IMG/VR virus record: IMGVR_UViG_3300037471_000902
Location: 47,858-111,857 of that record
DNA: 64,000 nucleotides
Source of the DNA: a virus
Direction: 5' to 3' (one strand)
Below, in pieces: positions 31,101 through 40,656 of this stretch. Both the position numbers and the translations under genes were made by a program. Position 1 is the stretch's first letter; every line of letters starts with the position of its first letter. A model generated the notes under the pieces. It was not told the origin of the DNA and searched no databases. It worked only from the letters and a program-made list of their open reading frames with translations.

Positions 31101-31857
31101 CATTTCCCCATGTTGCGCCATCTGTGAATGTTCCCAAGAGTGATCCATTCAACCAAACAGAACATGTTGATCCTGATCGTGTCACCGCAAGATGGAACCA
31201 CGTGTTAGTTGGAATAGCATTTACCGAGCCAATGTTAACTGTCGCATTGCCAAATCTGTTGAAACCTAGCTGTCCGCTGGCGATTGACAATGATGTGCGA
31301 CCAGTTGCATCAGCTCCCTGACGGCAGATGAACAAGTTAATATCGCTGCCATCATATCTATACCAGCCCTCGACGGTAAATTCACCAGTCAGTAGGAGAC
31401 CTGACTGGTTTGAAAATACAATGCTGTTCGAGACATTTCCACCGACCAGAATAGATGTGGTTCCCCACTTTGCTTGCGCATTCGTGATTGAGCAACCAGT
31501 GACACTTGTCGGTTGAAAGTGTGGGGGTGCCGAGTTTAGGATTGTCGTACTTCCATTTGCGCCAGTTCCATGAAGCAGTAATGGTACGTTTTCCCAATAA
31601 GGATCAATCCCACCTAACACGCCAGTATCAGTGAATGTGATTTGACCAACATTGTCAATCTTGTACACGTAATCTGACGAGTACGAAGACTGTGTGCTGG
31701 TAAAATTGAAGCTTGTCGGCATTCCCGTCACAGCGACAGTACCGAGAATCGATGACACTGATTTAAAGTCAAAGTGTGAAAGGGTCTGCGCTGCTAAAGC
31801 AACGACAGACGCCATCGAGAATCGATATAAATTGATTACTCCAACAATACCGCTCAT
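28174..31857 (-). CDS. Virion protein with five LamG/concanavalin-A-like domains (putative adhesin)
   Basis: Repeated DPYxxxVxLLL...FTIEAW...WxHxA...GYIDDIRITRGVARY units; the last unit is of the ADSPVMYYRLNE type. Start moved to ATG 31857 (ATGA overlap). Confidence 0.8.
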   Translation of the reverse strand: MSGIVGVINLYRFSMASVVALAAQTLSHFDFKSVSSILGTVAVTGMPTSFNFTSTQSSYSSDYVYKIDNVGQITFTDTGVLGGIDPYWENVPLLLHGTGANGSTTILNSAPPHFQPTSVTGCSITNAQAKWGTTSILVGGNVSNSIVFSNQSGLLLTGEFTVEGWYRYDGSDINLFICRQGADATGRTSLSIASGQLGFNRFGNATVNIGSVNAIPTNTWFHLAVTRSGSTCSVWLNGSLLGTFTDGATWGNGVGGIILGECAAQFYLSDFRVTNGTARYTGSFTPSVTPFSHTGDLYWIKNVLILSAMNNTRPVDYSQLLNAITHTAVTTSSAQAKFGSLSFSFNGTTSYLSVPNGAINLSSSDFTIEMWVYSTNNTGGHVLFDGRATAGSSIGFMLYASNGILQIFSNNADQISGQSTLGPALNGWTHIALCRSGTSIRAFVDGVITGTWVTSATFADARCVIGRDNSGSNQYWSGYMDQVRISKGIARYIDKFPIPTTPLPLMVDPYFNQVALLLNFNGSNGSTTFTDASINVNTVGMGTGSSGAPFISSFGKFGSALFLDGVDDSIAVQNSSSLNLAVVDFTIEAWIYLNSLGTASTGCCILEKGEISGSTKEAYGLRVYNNGSISGTIGTSSGTVVTAAASPAGIITTNTWYHVAFTFTVANNAMRVFVNGAVVAIATAPGAMYDPGTAIRIGQYPNGGGNNDWWFSGYIDDIRITRGVARYTAPFVPPVSPFVPKLGMNDVSAEPNAFTYDVQAIASNTVSAPITLKENNDKNLQQVKLILNDGSFTDKSPANITLSNNNGLSSSSSTVKFAGFSTMSFPGPSGGTPRLELPAGAHIAGEDATVEAWIYPTTSGYIWSQYTNGTGDFANRTSFGINASGNIYFQKGGSAVTGTTALAFSTWHFVEMSRVGSIVYIFANGNLEGTLSISGNFSSDAGCLGAAQAARIPDSTAVFTGNMGPVRITIGTGRHTSNYSIPGDVFPVAARYHQQILADSPVMYYRLNEVIGTTAFNSGSTGIAGGATGIAGTYNGTYTLNQAGFTSGGGSVLFSGTSASCVNTSITTGYTTLSIEFFFNADGSNTQPMQFIVGKTIYDPQTASDFPVAVVWDGSINKLRFRLSTGNDLTVDAEVLSNVLTPGQDYHVVATYSAGGTAALWVNGVSQGSVSTATITINSNTVPWRIGAAQEAGVGVGVSAFKGRIGEVAIYNTVLSSTRIAAHYAAR

Positions 31858-33671
31858 GCGAAGTCCTTGTTCAGCGTGGCGCGCCACGTGGTGCCATTGT
31901 CGAAGGAGGTGATACCTAACACGTCAACTTTGTTTACCGCGCTTGAGATGGTTGGTGCAGAACCACCTGGCCATTTGAATGATGAAGGCCACGCGAAAGT
32001 GCGAGGTGTTGCAGGATCTTGCGTGATTTGGATCATCAAGCTAATACCTCTTCCAGCGCCAGGAAGATTTGAGAATGTCAGGTTAGTGACGTTAGCGCCC
32101 AATGTCAATGTGAAATAATCACCCAGCAGACAATCAACGTTGACTGTGCCAGAGCTGTTAGTCAGTGTTGAAACAGTGCTGATTCCGTTTGCAATTGCGA
32201 GATAACCGATCAAATTGACCTTTAATCCCTTAGCTGTTCCATCTCCAATCTGATCTACGTCGATCGTGATTTCAGAATCATCTGCGATTAGAATTGCAGA
32301 TCCAGTCAGAACAGGTGGTGTCGCAGCTGTTGCAGAAGTTTTCTCTCCGTTGTCAATGGTGATTTTTGTCGAGAACACTGATGTTCCGTTTACCTTCACG
32401 TTGACAGTAACTAGCGCGCCGCTGGTTTGAGCAGTGTTTAAGCTTGCACGAACTGCAAAAAGACGGAATGCTCGTGGAGCACGAAGAGTAATTTTACCAG
32501 TTCCAGTTGTTAGCGCAGAAGTTTCATCACTTGCAGCAATTGGCAAGTCGTAGGTGTCGCCATTATTTGAAAGAGCTGCATCAACATAGGATTTAACAGC
32601 TTTCTCAGTTGGGATGTTAGAGTCTGCATTACCCGCGAGAGCAGTCGATGTGGTGACAGAGATTCCGCTGTCCTTAATTACCTTACCAGTTGTCCCGTTG
32701 AATGTGACAATACGATCTGTCACAGAGGAAGATGGACCAGTTACATCACCAGCAGGTTTAGCATCGACGTACGCCTTAACCGCGGCTTCTGTTGGAATAT
32801 TCGTATTAGAGTTGCCAGCCAGAGTAGTTGAGGTAGTGAGTGAAAGTCCACTATCCTTGATAACTTTTCCGCTCGTTGCATTGAACGTTGCAAAATGATC
32901 AACAACCGCTGATGCGGGTCCAGCCACGTCACCAGTTCCAGTAGGACGCGAGTCAACATACGCCTTGACAGCAGCTTCTGTAGGGATATTCGTATTAGAG
33001 TTGCCAGCTAATGTGGTGCTCGTAGTTACTGCTAATCCACTGTCCTTAATTACTTTGCCGGTCGTGGCATTGAAGGAAGCAAGATTGTCAACAACAGATG
33101 ACGCAGGACCTGTGACATCTCCAGAACCAGTTGGCTTTGAGTCGACGTATGCCTTGACAGCAGCTTCTGTTGGAATGTTCGTGTTGGAATTTCCAGCCAG
33201 TGTGGTGCTTGTGGTGATAGCAAGGCCACTGTCCTTGATCACTTTACCGGTTGTTCCGTTGAATGTGACAACACGATCTGCCACTGAGGAAGCTGGACCT
33301 GTGACGTCTCCAGTACCACCAGTTGCTAGAACAATCCAGTTAGTGCCATTGTATTGGTAATTGACGGATTCATCAACTGCATAGACGAGCCATCCATTTT
33401 TTGGTGGATAAAATTCCCATGCAGCAGGAATTGCACTCCAACGTGCAATGCTTTTATCGTGGCCGGCCCATGCACCTGTTGCAGAAGCACCGACGATGTA
33501 TGTTGCGCCGTCAGTTGGTGAACCAGGTGGAGCTGTGAGATCCTTATCAAGGATTTTTGGTTGAACTAACGTGTCAAGACCGCGCCACATGGCCATGAGC
33601 GCGTCATAGTGTTCCTCGCCCTTAGTACCATTAACGAGTAAGCCTAGGTTTGGGCCATTAGAAAGTGCCAT
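31854..33671 (-). CDS. DUF2793-domain fibre-like virion protein with internal repeats
   Basis: DKDLTAPPGSPTDGATYIVGASATGAWAG...WEFYPPKNGW; four repeats; C-terminal TFAWPSSFKWPGGSAPTIS...VDVL domain. Confidence 0.75.
   Translation of the reverse strand: MALSNGPNLGLLVNGTKGEEHYDALMAMWRGLDTLVQPKILDKDLTAPPGSPTDGATYIVGASATGAWAGHDKSIARWSAIPAAWEFYPPKNGWLVYAVDESVNYQYNGTNWIVLATGGTGDVTGPASSVADRVVTFNGTTGKVIKDSGLAITTSTTLAGNSNTNIPTEAAVKAYVDSKPTGSGDVTGPASSVVDNLASFNATTGKVIKDSGLAVTTSTTLAGNSNTNIPTEAAVKAYVDSRPTGTGDVAGPASAVVDHFATFNATSGKVIKDSGLSLTTSTTLAGNSNTNIPTEAAVKAYVDAKPAGDVTGPSSSVTDRIVTFNGTTGKVIKDSGISVTTSTALAGNADSNIPTEKAVKSYVDAALSNNGDTYDLPIAASDETSALTTGTGKITLRAPRAFRLFAVRASLNTAQTSGALVTVNVKVNGTSVFSTKITIDNGEKTSATAATPPVLTGSAILIADDSEITIDVDQIGDGTAKGLKVNLIGYLAIANGISTVSTLTNSSGTVNVDCLLGDYFTLTLGANVTNLTFSNLPGAGRGISLMIQITQDPATPRTFAWPSSFKWPGGSAPTISSAVNKVDVLGITSFDNGTTWRATLNKDFA
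32580..33311 (-). repeat. Four tandem coding repeats (period 189, 189, 183 nt)
   Basis: GDVTGPxSxVxD...TGKVIKDSGLxxTTSTTLAGNSNTNIPTEAAVKAYVD units start at 33311, 33122, 32933 and 32750. Confidence 0.85.
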
Positions 33672-33688
33672 TTCTCAAATTTCCTTTT

Positions 33689-36190
33689 TTAAGTTCCCAG
33701 TGATAGGCCAAGGCCATATCCTAATCCAGTCAGCACGCTTGTAGAGCAAATAACCGTGAACGGTCCTGTTCCATCTGGAACAGTAAACGAAAAACTCATT
33801 GTGCTGGTTGCAGCGGGTATCTGATCATACGGTGAATTATTGACAGGAACGTTGAATGTTGAACCTGAATCAGCAGTAATCGTCACAGACTGAACATCCG
33901 CGGGCTCTGTCAAAGTGACGACATACGAAGTCGTCACTGAATCAACATGCAATCCGCTAATGTCATGAACTGAAGGTGTATAAATCAAGTTAGTTCTAGT
34001 GAGCGTGCTTGACTCATACTCATTAATTACTAGTCCCTCAAAGAATGATGTACTAGAACTGTCTCCGGACGACGTGTCACCAACAACCGTAATCTCATTG
34101 TCAATATTTAGGTGTTCGCTAATTTTGACATTTATCACCTGTGCCCACGAGCTCTGCTGGTGGAACCTGATAGTCATCAACGTAGATGAGTTGATAAATT
34201 CGCTGAAAAAATCTGAATCAAAAGTAAGGAATGACGCCTGTCCAGCCGCTTGGGTGACAGACATAATCCGAGTATTTGGATCAGAAGCCGCGAAAATATC
34301 TACAGTGCTTGGCTTATCTGGGAAAACCGCGGGTTCAGAATCAGCATTCAGATATTCAAATGCCAATGGTACCCATCCGTCAGAGTCCAACAGTGATTGA
34401 TATCCAGGAGAATTGTTAAAGCGGAAACGAATGTAATCTCGTTCTACCTTGTCGATAACAATCTCATCACCAGCAGTTGCACCTGGGATGATAACAACGT
34501 TCTTGCTATGATAGAGTGGAAAATACTCTTGAAGAGGATCAACCGGATATTTTTTCTCCCATGCTCCCGCGTCAAACGGAATCTCGTCATTTGGAAATTC
34601 GTCAAATCCAACATCAATAGGATATGAGCTGACAGGAGCAATGAAGATGGAGAGCTTGTTAGTCGGACCGGTTCCAGTAATTAGGAATTTTGAAATGTCG
34701 TCCTCATACGAGACGCCAAGTTGGAGACCTTTTGAGAATCCATACACGTTGTTTTCTACTGTTGCAGTGGTAAATCCACTAGGACCAGTTGTGAAGCTGA
34801 CAGTGTATTTGCTTGGTTGCGCTGAGCTGTGGACCCATCGTTGTTCTTCAAAGCCAAAAAACAATTCGCTAATATCAGAACCAACGCATGGATAGTAGGT
34901 CAGTTCAGGAATTTTGAAGCCAATCTGACCATTAAAATACCACTCACCAATAGTTGCAGGAGTTTGCCAGCCGCTCAAGCTGCCATAAACTAAGTAGCTA
35001 GGACGACGCTTTCCACCAGTGTCTTTTACAGTGAACGTGAATTGTTCAGCCGCGGCAAACGTATGTCCATTTTTATTGATGGTGAAGTGTACGTTAGCGT
35101 CCTTATACGATTGGTTAACATCTAGATTTTCAACCGTATATCCAGGACCATGGAGTGTGTATGTAGTTGCCGAAATGAACGTAAGCGTGTACGCACCAGC
35201 AACTGCCCATTCAAGTCCATGGGCATACAGAGTTAGTGTTGGAGTTCCGCTAGCAAGAGAACCAGTGAATGTTGGAGCGCCGACAAGTGCTAACGCGTTG
35301 GTTTTGATAAGCGTCCAGGTCTGATCAATGCTGTCAGATGCAACGTAGACCTTCACGCTAGGAGTCAAAACAAACTCATCACCATCCACGATATCAGCAT
35401 TTACAGTAGCTGTGAATGTAACCCTAGCATCTGCAAAAAGAACTGATGGGGTGGCATTACCAATCAAACCACTTGTCGATCCAACAACTGAAAATGTTTG
35501 TGTGTCAGCATCCCATGTAATGGTCCACTCTTCTGGGTAACCGTTATCCCAGCTGTCAACGCTTACACTGCCAAACGATCTATCAACTTGTTTTGGATAT
35601 GATAGAGTTCCAAGACGCGGTTCATTCTCTGCGCCAGGTTGAAGTGATTGCCATGACTGCGCTGTAGCATTTGTTAAGAAGGAGAACGCGCCGTGGCTGA
35701 TATGATAGCCAATACTTTCGACAAGTTCTACGCCATTTCTTTCTACACGTGGGATTCCAACTCCACTAAAGTGTCTAGGACTAAAAACACCGCTGTTTAA
35801 GCCAGCAATTTCACTTGCGTTAGTCGCAATGAATTTATTTTGACTTGATTCGCTAAACAGCTTGTTAACTAGAATCGGCGCAAACGGATATGTGAGGCGC
35901 CGCCCATCTGACGCGATGATTTTATCAGCAGAAAGTGTGCTCTCTGGACGAATGGGAGCGCGCTCCCAAACCTTCCTTAGAATATTCTGACTCGCCTTAG
36001 TGTAGTCCAACCCTAGTATGGCCATAGAGCGAACGTCAGAAACTACTGAGACATTTACTGTGTCTTCGAAAAGATATTCTTCAACAACTTCAGAAAGTTT
36101 CGTGTGAAATGGCTTTACGTCTAGAACGTAGTCTATAAGACTGTCGACGTGTCCGTTTGATACGACGAGATTGTTTGCGTCAGCCATCAA
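33689..36190 (-). CDS. Large baseplate-associated virion structural protein
   Basis: SLIDYVLDVKPFHTKL motif; repeated EEWTI...FSVVGSxSG units also seen in 40656..44084; ATGA-coupled. Confidence 0.65.
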   Translation of the reverse strand: MMADANNLVVSNGHVDSLIDYVLDVKPFHTKLSEVVEEYLFEDTVNVSVVSDVRSMAILGLDYTKASQNILRKVWERAPIRPESTLSADKIIASDGRRLTYPFAPILVNKLFSESSQNKFIATNASEIAGLNSGVFSPRHFSGVGIPRVERNGVELVESIGYHISHGAFSFLTNATAQSWQSLQPGAENEPRLGTLSYPKQVDRSFGSVSVDSWDNGYPEEWTITWDADTQTFSVVGSTSGLIGNATPSVLFADARVTFTATVNADIVDGDEFVLTPSVKVYVASDSIDQTWTLIKTNALALVGAPTFTGSLASGTPTLTLYAHGLEWAVAGAYTLTFISATTYTLHGPGYTVENLDVNQSYKDANVHFTINKNGHTFAAAEQFTFTVKDTGGKRRPSYLVYGSLSGWQTPATIGEWYFNGQIGFKIPELTYYPCVGSDISELFFGFEEQRWVHSSAQPSKYTVSFTTGPSGFTTATVENNVYGFSKGLQLGVSYEDDISKFLITGTGPTNKLSIFIAPVSSYPIDVGFDEFPNDEIPFDAGAWEKKYPVDPLQEYFPLYHSKNVVIIPGATAGDEIVIDKVERDYIRFRFNNSPGYQSLLDSDGWVPLAFEYLNADSEPAVFPDKPSTVDIFAASDPNTRIMSVTQAAGQASFLTFDSDFFSEFINSSTLMTIRFHQQSSWAQVINVKISEHLNIDNEITVVGDTSSGDSSSTSFFEGLVINEYESSTLTRTNLIYTPSVHDISGLHVDSVTTSYVVTLTEPADVQSVTITADSGSTFNVPVNNSPYDQIPAATSTMSFSFTVPDGTGPFTVICSTSVLTGLGYGLGLSLGT

Positions 36191-39100
36191 TTTATTCCGT
36201 CTTCCAGTTCTGCTTCAGTTCTCTCTTCAACTGTTGTAGTCGTGTAGACAGAAACAAATGAAGTTTTGAAGATGTCAGTGAACTCATAATTGTTTGCAAG
36301 GGCGTCTTCGAGCACTGCGAAGAAAATCTCATTGATTTGCTTAGCACGAGCGCTTGACCAGATTAATTCCATAGTTGCTCGAGCAGTTTCTGCGTCCTTA
36401 AACCATTCATCTGCATCGTCAAAATTAACTGCCCTGATATAATCAGGGATCACCGTGCCACCGATCTTGAGCTCGAGTGATGTATTTAGAATCGTGTGCT
36501 TAATCGTAGAACGTACTAGATCAGTGTCAGCGAAAATCTGACCTGGCTTAAAGCCAAATCGCGTGCGTGTTCCATTTCTAGCATCGTAGTCGACGCGTGA
36601 TTGGGCTGGTAGAGGGTTACCACCGACATCAGCTCCAGCTGCCGCGTCTGTAAGTTGATCCCACAGCTTTCGCGGAATCCTTGAGTTCTGACTCTTTCTA
36701 ATCAGTGTCCATTCAGCGTGAACATTTCGCAGGTTAAGATCCTCAGGATCATCTCTCAGCGTGTTGTTGTTTGCTAGACGCAGCTTGTAAGTCCCGTTGT
36801 TAGTGACATAGGTATTGAGGCCTGCGATGACGATGGAATCGTACGCCTTTTTATCCTCTACAAGCTGTTCAAACGCCATGTATTCGCTTGGACCATTTTT
36901 CAAAATGGACTTTGCTTGTACTAGAGACATGCTCTTGTTAGGGCGAACAACAGTGCTGTCCTCAACCCAGAAATAATATTTGGCGCCTACGATTGACCCA
37001 TTCTCGTTGCGCACGTCAATTTTGGTGTATTGATAGTCAGTTTTGTACTGGACTTGAATTGACGGATTATCTACTTCTTCTGGGTTAAATGCGAGTTCAG
37101 CAGCAGTAGGCTCATATGCACGATACACTAGGAGCGCTTTCGCGCCAAGGTGCAGTATATTAGTGAGTGCGATGCTTTCAGAACCAAGAGTTGACGTAAT
37201 GACGTAGTTCTTCGGACTTATCTGGATTCCATCAACAAAGACTGACACTCTGTTTGGATTGATAGCCTCATTAGGTTGCAGGAAATCAGATCCAGAGAAA
37301 CTAATGATGTCTGTTTCGTTGGAGATCTTCTGAATTTGAATTGGATTCAGCGCCTCCCAATCAGTCCATGATGTTGTATAGCGTTTGATTGGGATACCAT
37401 TCCTCAAGGTGAGAGTATCAACGCCAATGTCCTTGATAATATCTGACGATGCGATGATTTCAACATTGGCACCGATATATGGGAACCACTTGTGGTGAGG
37501 GAATGCCAAGTCACTGTCAAGATCGTCTTGCGTTGGCACTTCAAAGCTTACCCACCCATACTCTGTCGTTGCATAGTCTGGATCGCTTTCATCATTAATG
37601 AAAATGGTGTCTGGCAGTGCGATGATTTGAGTGAATGCGTTACCCTCGCGGACATACACGTCGACCCACGACATAGCAATATCAGTTGCTAGATCACCAG
37701 CCAAATACGTAGACGTCATGTCATCACGAACGACTGTCAAGCGAAGTCCAGTATTTGGGAACTCAATTGTTAGGGTGTTATCAGAATCTGGAAGCCAGTC
37801 ATTCAATGCTACTTCTTCAGTAGTGTTGTGTTGGTCTGTAATTCGCAGGCGACGAATGTAAGATGCGGAGTCGCGCTGTTCCAAACTCACGGTGAGAGTT
37901 AGCCGACCGATCATCGATCCAATCCTGCCATCTGGAATAGCAGATATGCTAATGCTCGTCAGCAAGCCTGATGCCAATAGCGATGGCGAGGAGAGTGTCG
38001 CTGACGAGCCAATGTCATAGACTAAACTATCTTCATTTACAACAATCTCACCAAATGGAGTATTGTTCTTCCATGCAGAAACATGATTTCCAGGAACAAT
38101 GTCAAAATCTTCAAGTCGACCAGCATCAACATAGATTGCATTATCAGCAACAATCAATCGCTGCATACCAGGACCAAATGCTGGGTGCGCGTTTACACCG
38201 CCAACAAGAGACTTTGACCATGCTATTGGTTTTACAGAAATGGATCGATTGCGGCGGTAGTTAGTTTTTCTAGCTGCCTTGCCTGATGCCCTAGAGATTG
38301 CAGGAATATCTGAAGCACCTTCTTCTTCCAACGCCAATGCATCATATTCTGAAGGAGGAACATCGCTTTCAACCCACTCATACAGATCGATGCTTGCCCA
38401 TTCTGCCAAGTTGCCCCAGCGAGCATGGCGCTCATTACGATCTGAGAAAATCGTAGCATCATAGTATGGGATATACCCAAGATTAGCTGTATTCCACCAA
38501 ACACGGCCAACTTCCTTTTTACCCCATGCCTTTAGAGCAACATAATTAGGGTTCTTGACAGTCTGACCAGTCGTATTGTAGAAGGCAGGATCCTTAGAAG
38601 TTATCGAGCTGATGATTTCAAGTGGTTCGTACGCATGAATGCCAATGGCTGGGTGCCAAAGTGCAAATTCCTTAATCATCTCGTTTTCTACGTAGTCAAA
38701 CAATTTAACTGGGCTTACCTTTGTAGGATTTACCCAAGTATAACCACGAACAGCAAAACGAACACCGCGTGCATCAACGTTCACTGCTGAAGGAACATTT
38801 ATGATTTTCAATGTCGATGCATTCACCATCAATGCATCAACTGTTGAAGTTTCTGACAGTACTACAAGGCCGCCTTCATGGTCATACGTGTATTCTTGCA
38901 CGAATACATTTGGAGGTACTTCGCTATTATGAAAAATACCAACATCGACAAAGGTGTTAGCTTGTAGATTTGCTGTCTCCACGAAAAATTCCATCTCTTC
39001 TGCGTCGAAGGAAATTTCTTGTCCCAAATCGTCTATGCTAAACCAGCGCGTATCATCATTCGATTCTATCTGCGTGAAGTTTGGCAGAGGAGTTGACGGA

Positions 39101-40593
39101 GTATCAGTGAAGAACTGGAGCTGAGTAAATTTTTGAATGCAGTCAGCGACTTCAACCTTTACCTCTGGGAAGGAGCGTAGTCTAGCATCGCCATACTCCG
39201 CGATTTTGTAAGCCCAATATTCATCAACATCAGCTTTCGTGAATTTTTTGTAGTTCACGAAAGCATCAATCGCCATATTCGTTCCCTTGGCCTGAATGAG
39301 ACCGCGCCAGAAGTTAAATTGGGTAGCATCACTTGCACCAAGATCATTGAAGTATGATTTCTTGTTGTAGCCTAATAAAGATAAGGCGTGCTCTGCTGTT
39401 ACTGGTTCATCAAAGGTTCTGCCTGCGTCATAGTACTTGCCAATTGCGTCAACGCTGGAGGTGATGTTTCTAACGACATTGTTCCCAGACAGAACAAAAC
39501 CTGGGAAGTGTGGCTTGCGGTTGGTTTCCTCTTGACGAGTAAAATCCAAATACGCTGATTGAATGCGTAAACCTAGGAATGGATCAAAGATTGTAGCGCT
39601 ATCAGACCCCTCGCTCACATTGTTGTTCATGAGCAGAACATGCTCATACTCGTCAATGAACAGATGCGCGGAGAAAATTGGCACACTGGAATAAGTCACT
39701 GTGTGGTCATCTAGGCGAACAACATCTAACTTGCTCACAGGGATAGCAGAGCCCACAACATCGAACACTGCTTGGGCTGTGCTGACGTCTATAAACGCTG
39801 ACTCTGTATATTGTGATTGGAGACCGGATGGTGTGTCCAGCCAGATCGAATGCATGAATGGATTCAGAATATGGCCTTCACCAGGAGCAAAATTCCTGTA
39901 GATACGGTCTACAAGTTTTTCGATCTCAAGTTGCCAATCTAAATTCCGACCTGTTTCTGAATCAGTGATGATTGATTCACCATGATTAAAACGGAAACCC
40001 AAATCGTCAAGACGGTGAATATATCCGTACAGAACATTTATCAAATTCTGTACACCAGTAACCGTGAATGGCGTTGTCACAGACCTTACTTCACCGTTTA
40101 TAGAGAAGTGTTTCCATTCACGATCTGTGGATTCTCCCTGCAGGGCGTTGAACGTCTGATATTCTGCACTAGTATCCAGATCATAGTACTCCATGATTGG
40201 GTGAGCAGGATTGTAGGTCTCGACACGGAAGACCCAATCAGCACCATCCTCATATGGAACAACATATCCATTGTGAGCAGCCATCGTTCCAGATTGAACA
40301 AGCTGTACACGGATTGCTGATATCCATTTGCCTTCTACGTGTTCGCGCTTCTTTAATACGACATTGTACGCGGTAGATGGAAGTATTCCGAATGTAGTCC
40401 CAATCTTTATCGTGTCGTTCCGAATGAGGGCGCCCAGACGATGGGCTAGCCTGACCTCCCAGTTTCTATACGCATTTGTTGCTTCAGACTGGTCTGTGTC
40501 AATATAGCTGTGACGAAGCAGGTTAGTAAACAGCTGCCCCAAACCAAGGAACTTCTGCGTTTTAGCAGGTGTAAACTTTGCTTTAAATCCCAT
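36187..40593 (-). CDS. Giant baseplate wedge-like protein, C-terminal part
   Basis: FWRGLIQAKGT, DEYWAYKIAEYG, WGKKEVGRVWWN, IDLYEWVESDVPP and KYYFWV motifs recalled from jumbo-myophage baseplate proteins. Confidence 0.65.
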   Translation of the reverse strand: MGFKAKFTPAKTQKFLGLGQLFTNLLRHSYIDTDQSEATNAYRNWEVRLAHRLGALIRNDTIKIGTTFGILPSTAYNVVLKKREHVEGKWISAIRVQLVQSGTMAAHNGYVVPYEDGADWVFRVETYNPAHPIMEYYDLDTSAEYQTFNALQGESTDREWKHFSINGEVRSVTTPFTVTGVQNLINVLYGYIHRLDDLGFRFNHGESIITDSETGRNLDWQLEIEKLVDRIYRNFAPGEGHILNPFMHSIWLDTPSGLQSQYTESAFIDVSTAQAVFDVVGSAIPVSKLDVVRLDDHTVTYSSVPIFSAHLFIDEYEHVLLMNNNVSEGSDSATIFDPFLGLRIQSAYLDFTRQEETNRKPHFPGFVLSGNNVVRNITSSVDAIGKYYDAGRTFDEPVTAEHALSLLGYNKKSYFNDLGASDATQFNFWRGLIQAKGTNMAIDAFVNYKKFTKADVDEYWAYKIAEYGDARLRSFPEVKVEVADCIQKFTQLQFFTDTPSTPLPNFTQIESNDDTRWFSIDDLGQEISFDAEEMEFFVETANLQANTFVDVGIFHNSEVPPNVFVQEYTYDHEGGLVVLSETSTVDALMVNASTLKIINVPSAVNVDARGVRFAVRGYTWVNPTKVSPVKLFDYVENEMIKEFALWHPAIGIHAYEPLEIISSITSKDPAFYNTTGQTVKNPNYVALKAWGKKEVGRVWWNTANLGYIPYYDATIFSDRNERHARWGNLAEWASIDLYEWVESDVPPSEYDALALEEEGASDIPAISRASGKAARKTNYRRNRSISVKPIAWSKSLVGGVNAHPAFGPGMQRLIVADNAIYVDAGRLEDFDIVPGNHVSAWKNNTPFGEIVVNEDSLVYDIGSSATLSSPSLLASGLLTSISISAIPDGRIGSMIGRLTLTVSLEQRDSASYIRRLRITDQHNTTEEVALNDWLPDSDNTLTIEFPNTGLRLTVVRDDMTSTYLAGDLATDIAMSWVDVYVREGNAFTQIIALPDTIFINDESDPDYATTEYGWVSFEVPTQDDLDSDLAFPHHKWFPYIGANVEIIASSDIIKDIGVDTLTLRNGIPIKRYTTSWTDWEALNPIQIQKISNETDIISFSGSDFLQPNEAINPNRVSVFVDGIQISPKNYVITSTLGSESIALTNILHLGAKALLVYRAYEPTAAELAFNPEEVDNPSIQVQYKTDYQYTKIDVRNENGSIVGAKYYFWVEDSTVVRPNKSMSLVQAKSILKNGPSEYMAFEQLVEDKKAYDSIVIAGLNTYVTNNGTYKLRLANNNTLRDDPEDLNLRNVHAEWTLIRKSQNSRIPRKLWDQLTDAAAGADVGGNPLPAQSRVDYDARNGTRTRFGFKPGQIFADTDLVRSTIKHTILNTSLELKIGGTVIPDYIRAVNFDDADEWFKDAETARATMELIWSSARAKQINEIFFAVLEDALANNYEFTDIFKTSFVSVYTTTTVEERTEAELEDGIN

Positions 40594-40596
40594 TTC

Positions 40597-40656
40597 AGGT
40601 GACCTTGAATCTCATGACTATTATTTAGTCAATTAGTGAGATTCAAAAAGTCACCT
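40597..40656 (-). promoter_or_regulatory. 60-nt hairpin with a late promoter at its apex
   Basis: AGGTGAC/GTCACCT, TTGAATCTCA/TGAGATTCAA and TGACTA/TAGTCA arms; minus-strand TAAATA at 40622-40627; the 3' arm covers the AAGGT RBS of 36187..40593. Confidence 0.65.

Noticed and set aside
1945-33311. Tandem repeats as a CRISPR array or DGR template/variable repeat pair
   Set aside because: The repeats are in-frame coding units with synonymous divergence. There is no repeat-spacer structure, no adenine-specific variation, and no reverse transcriptase or cas gene in the window.
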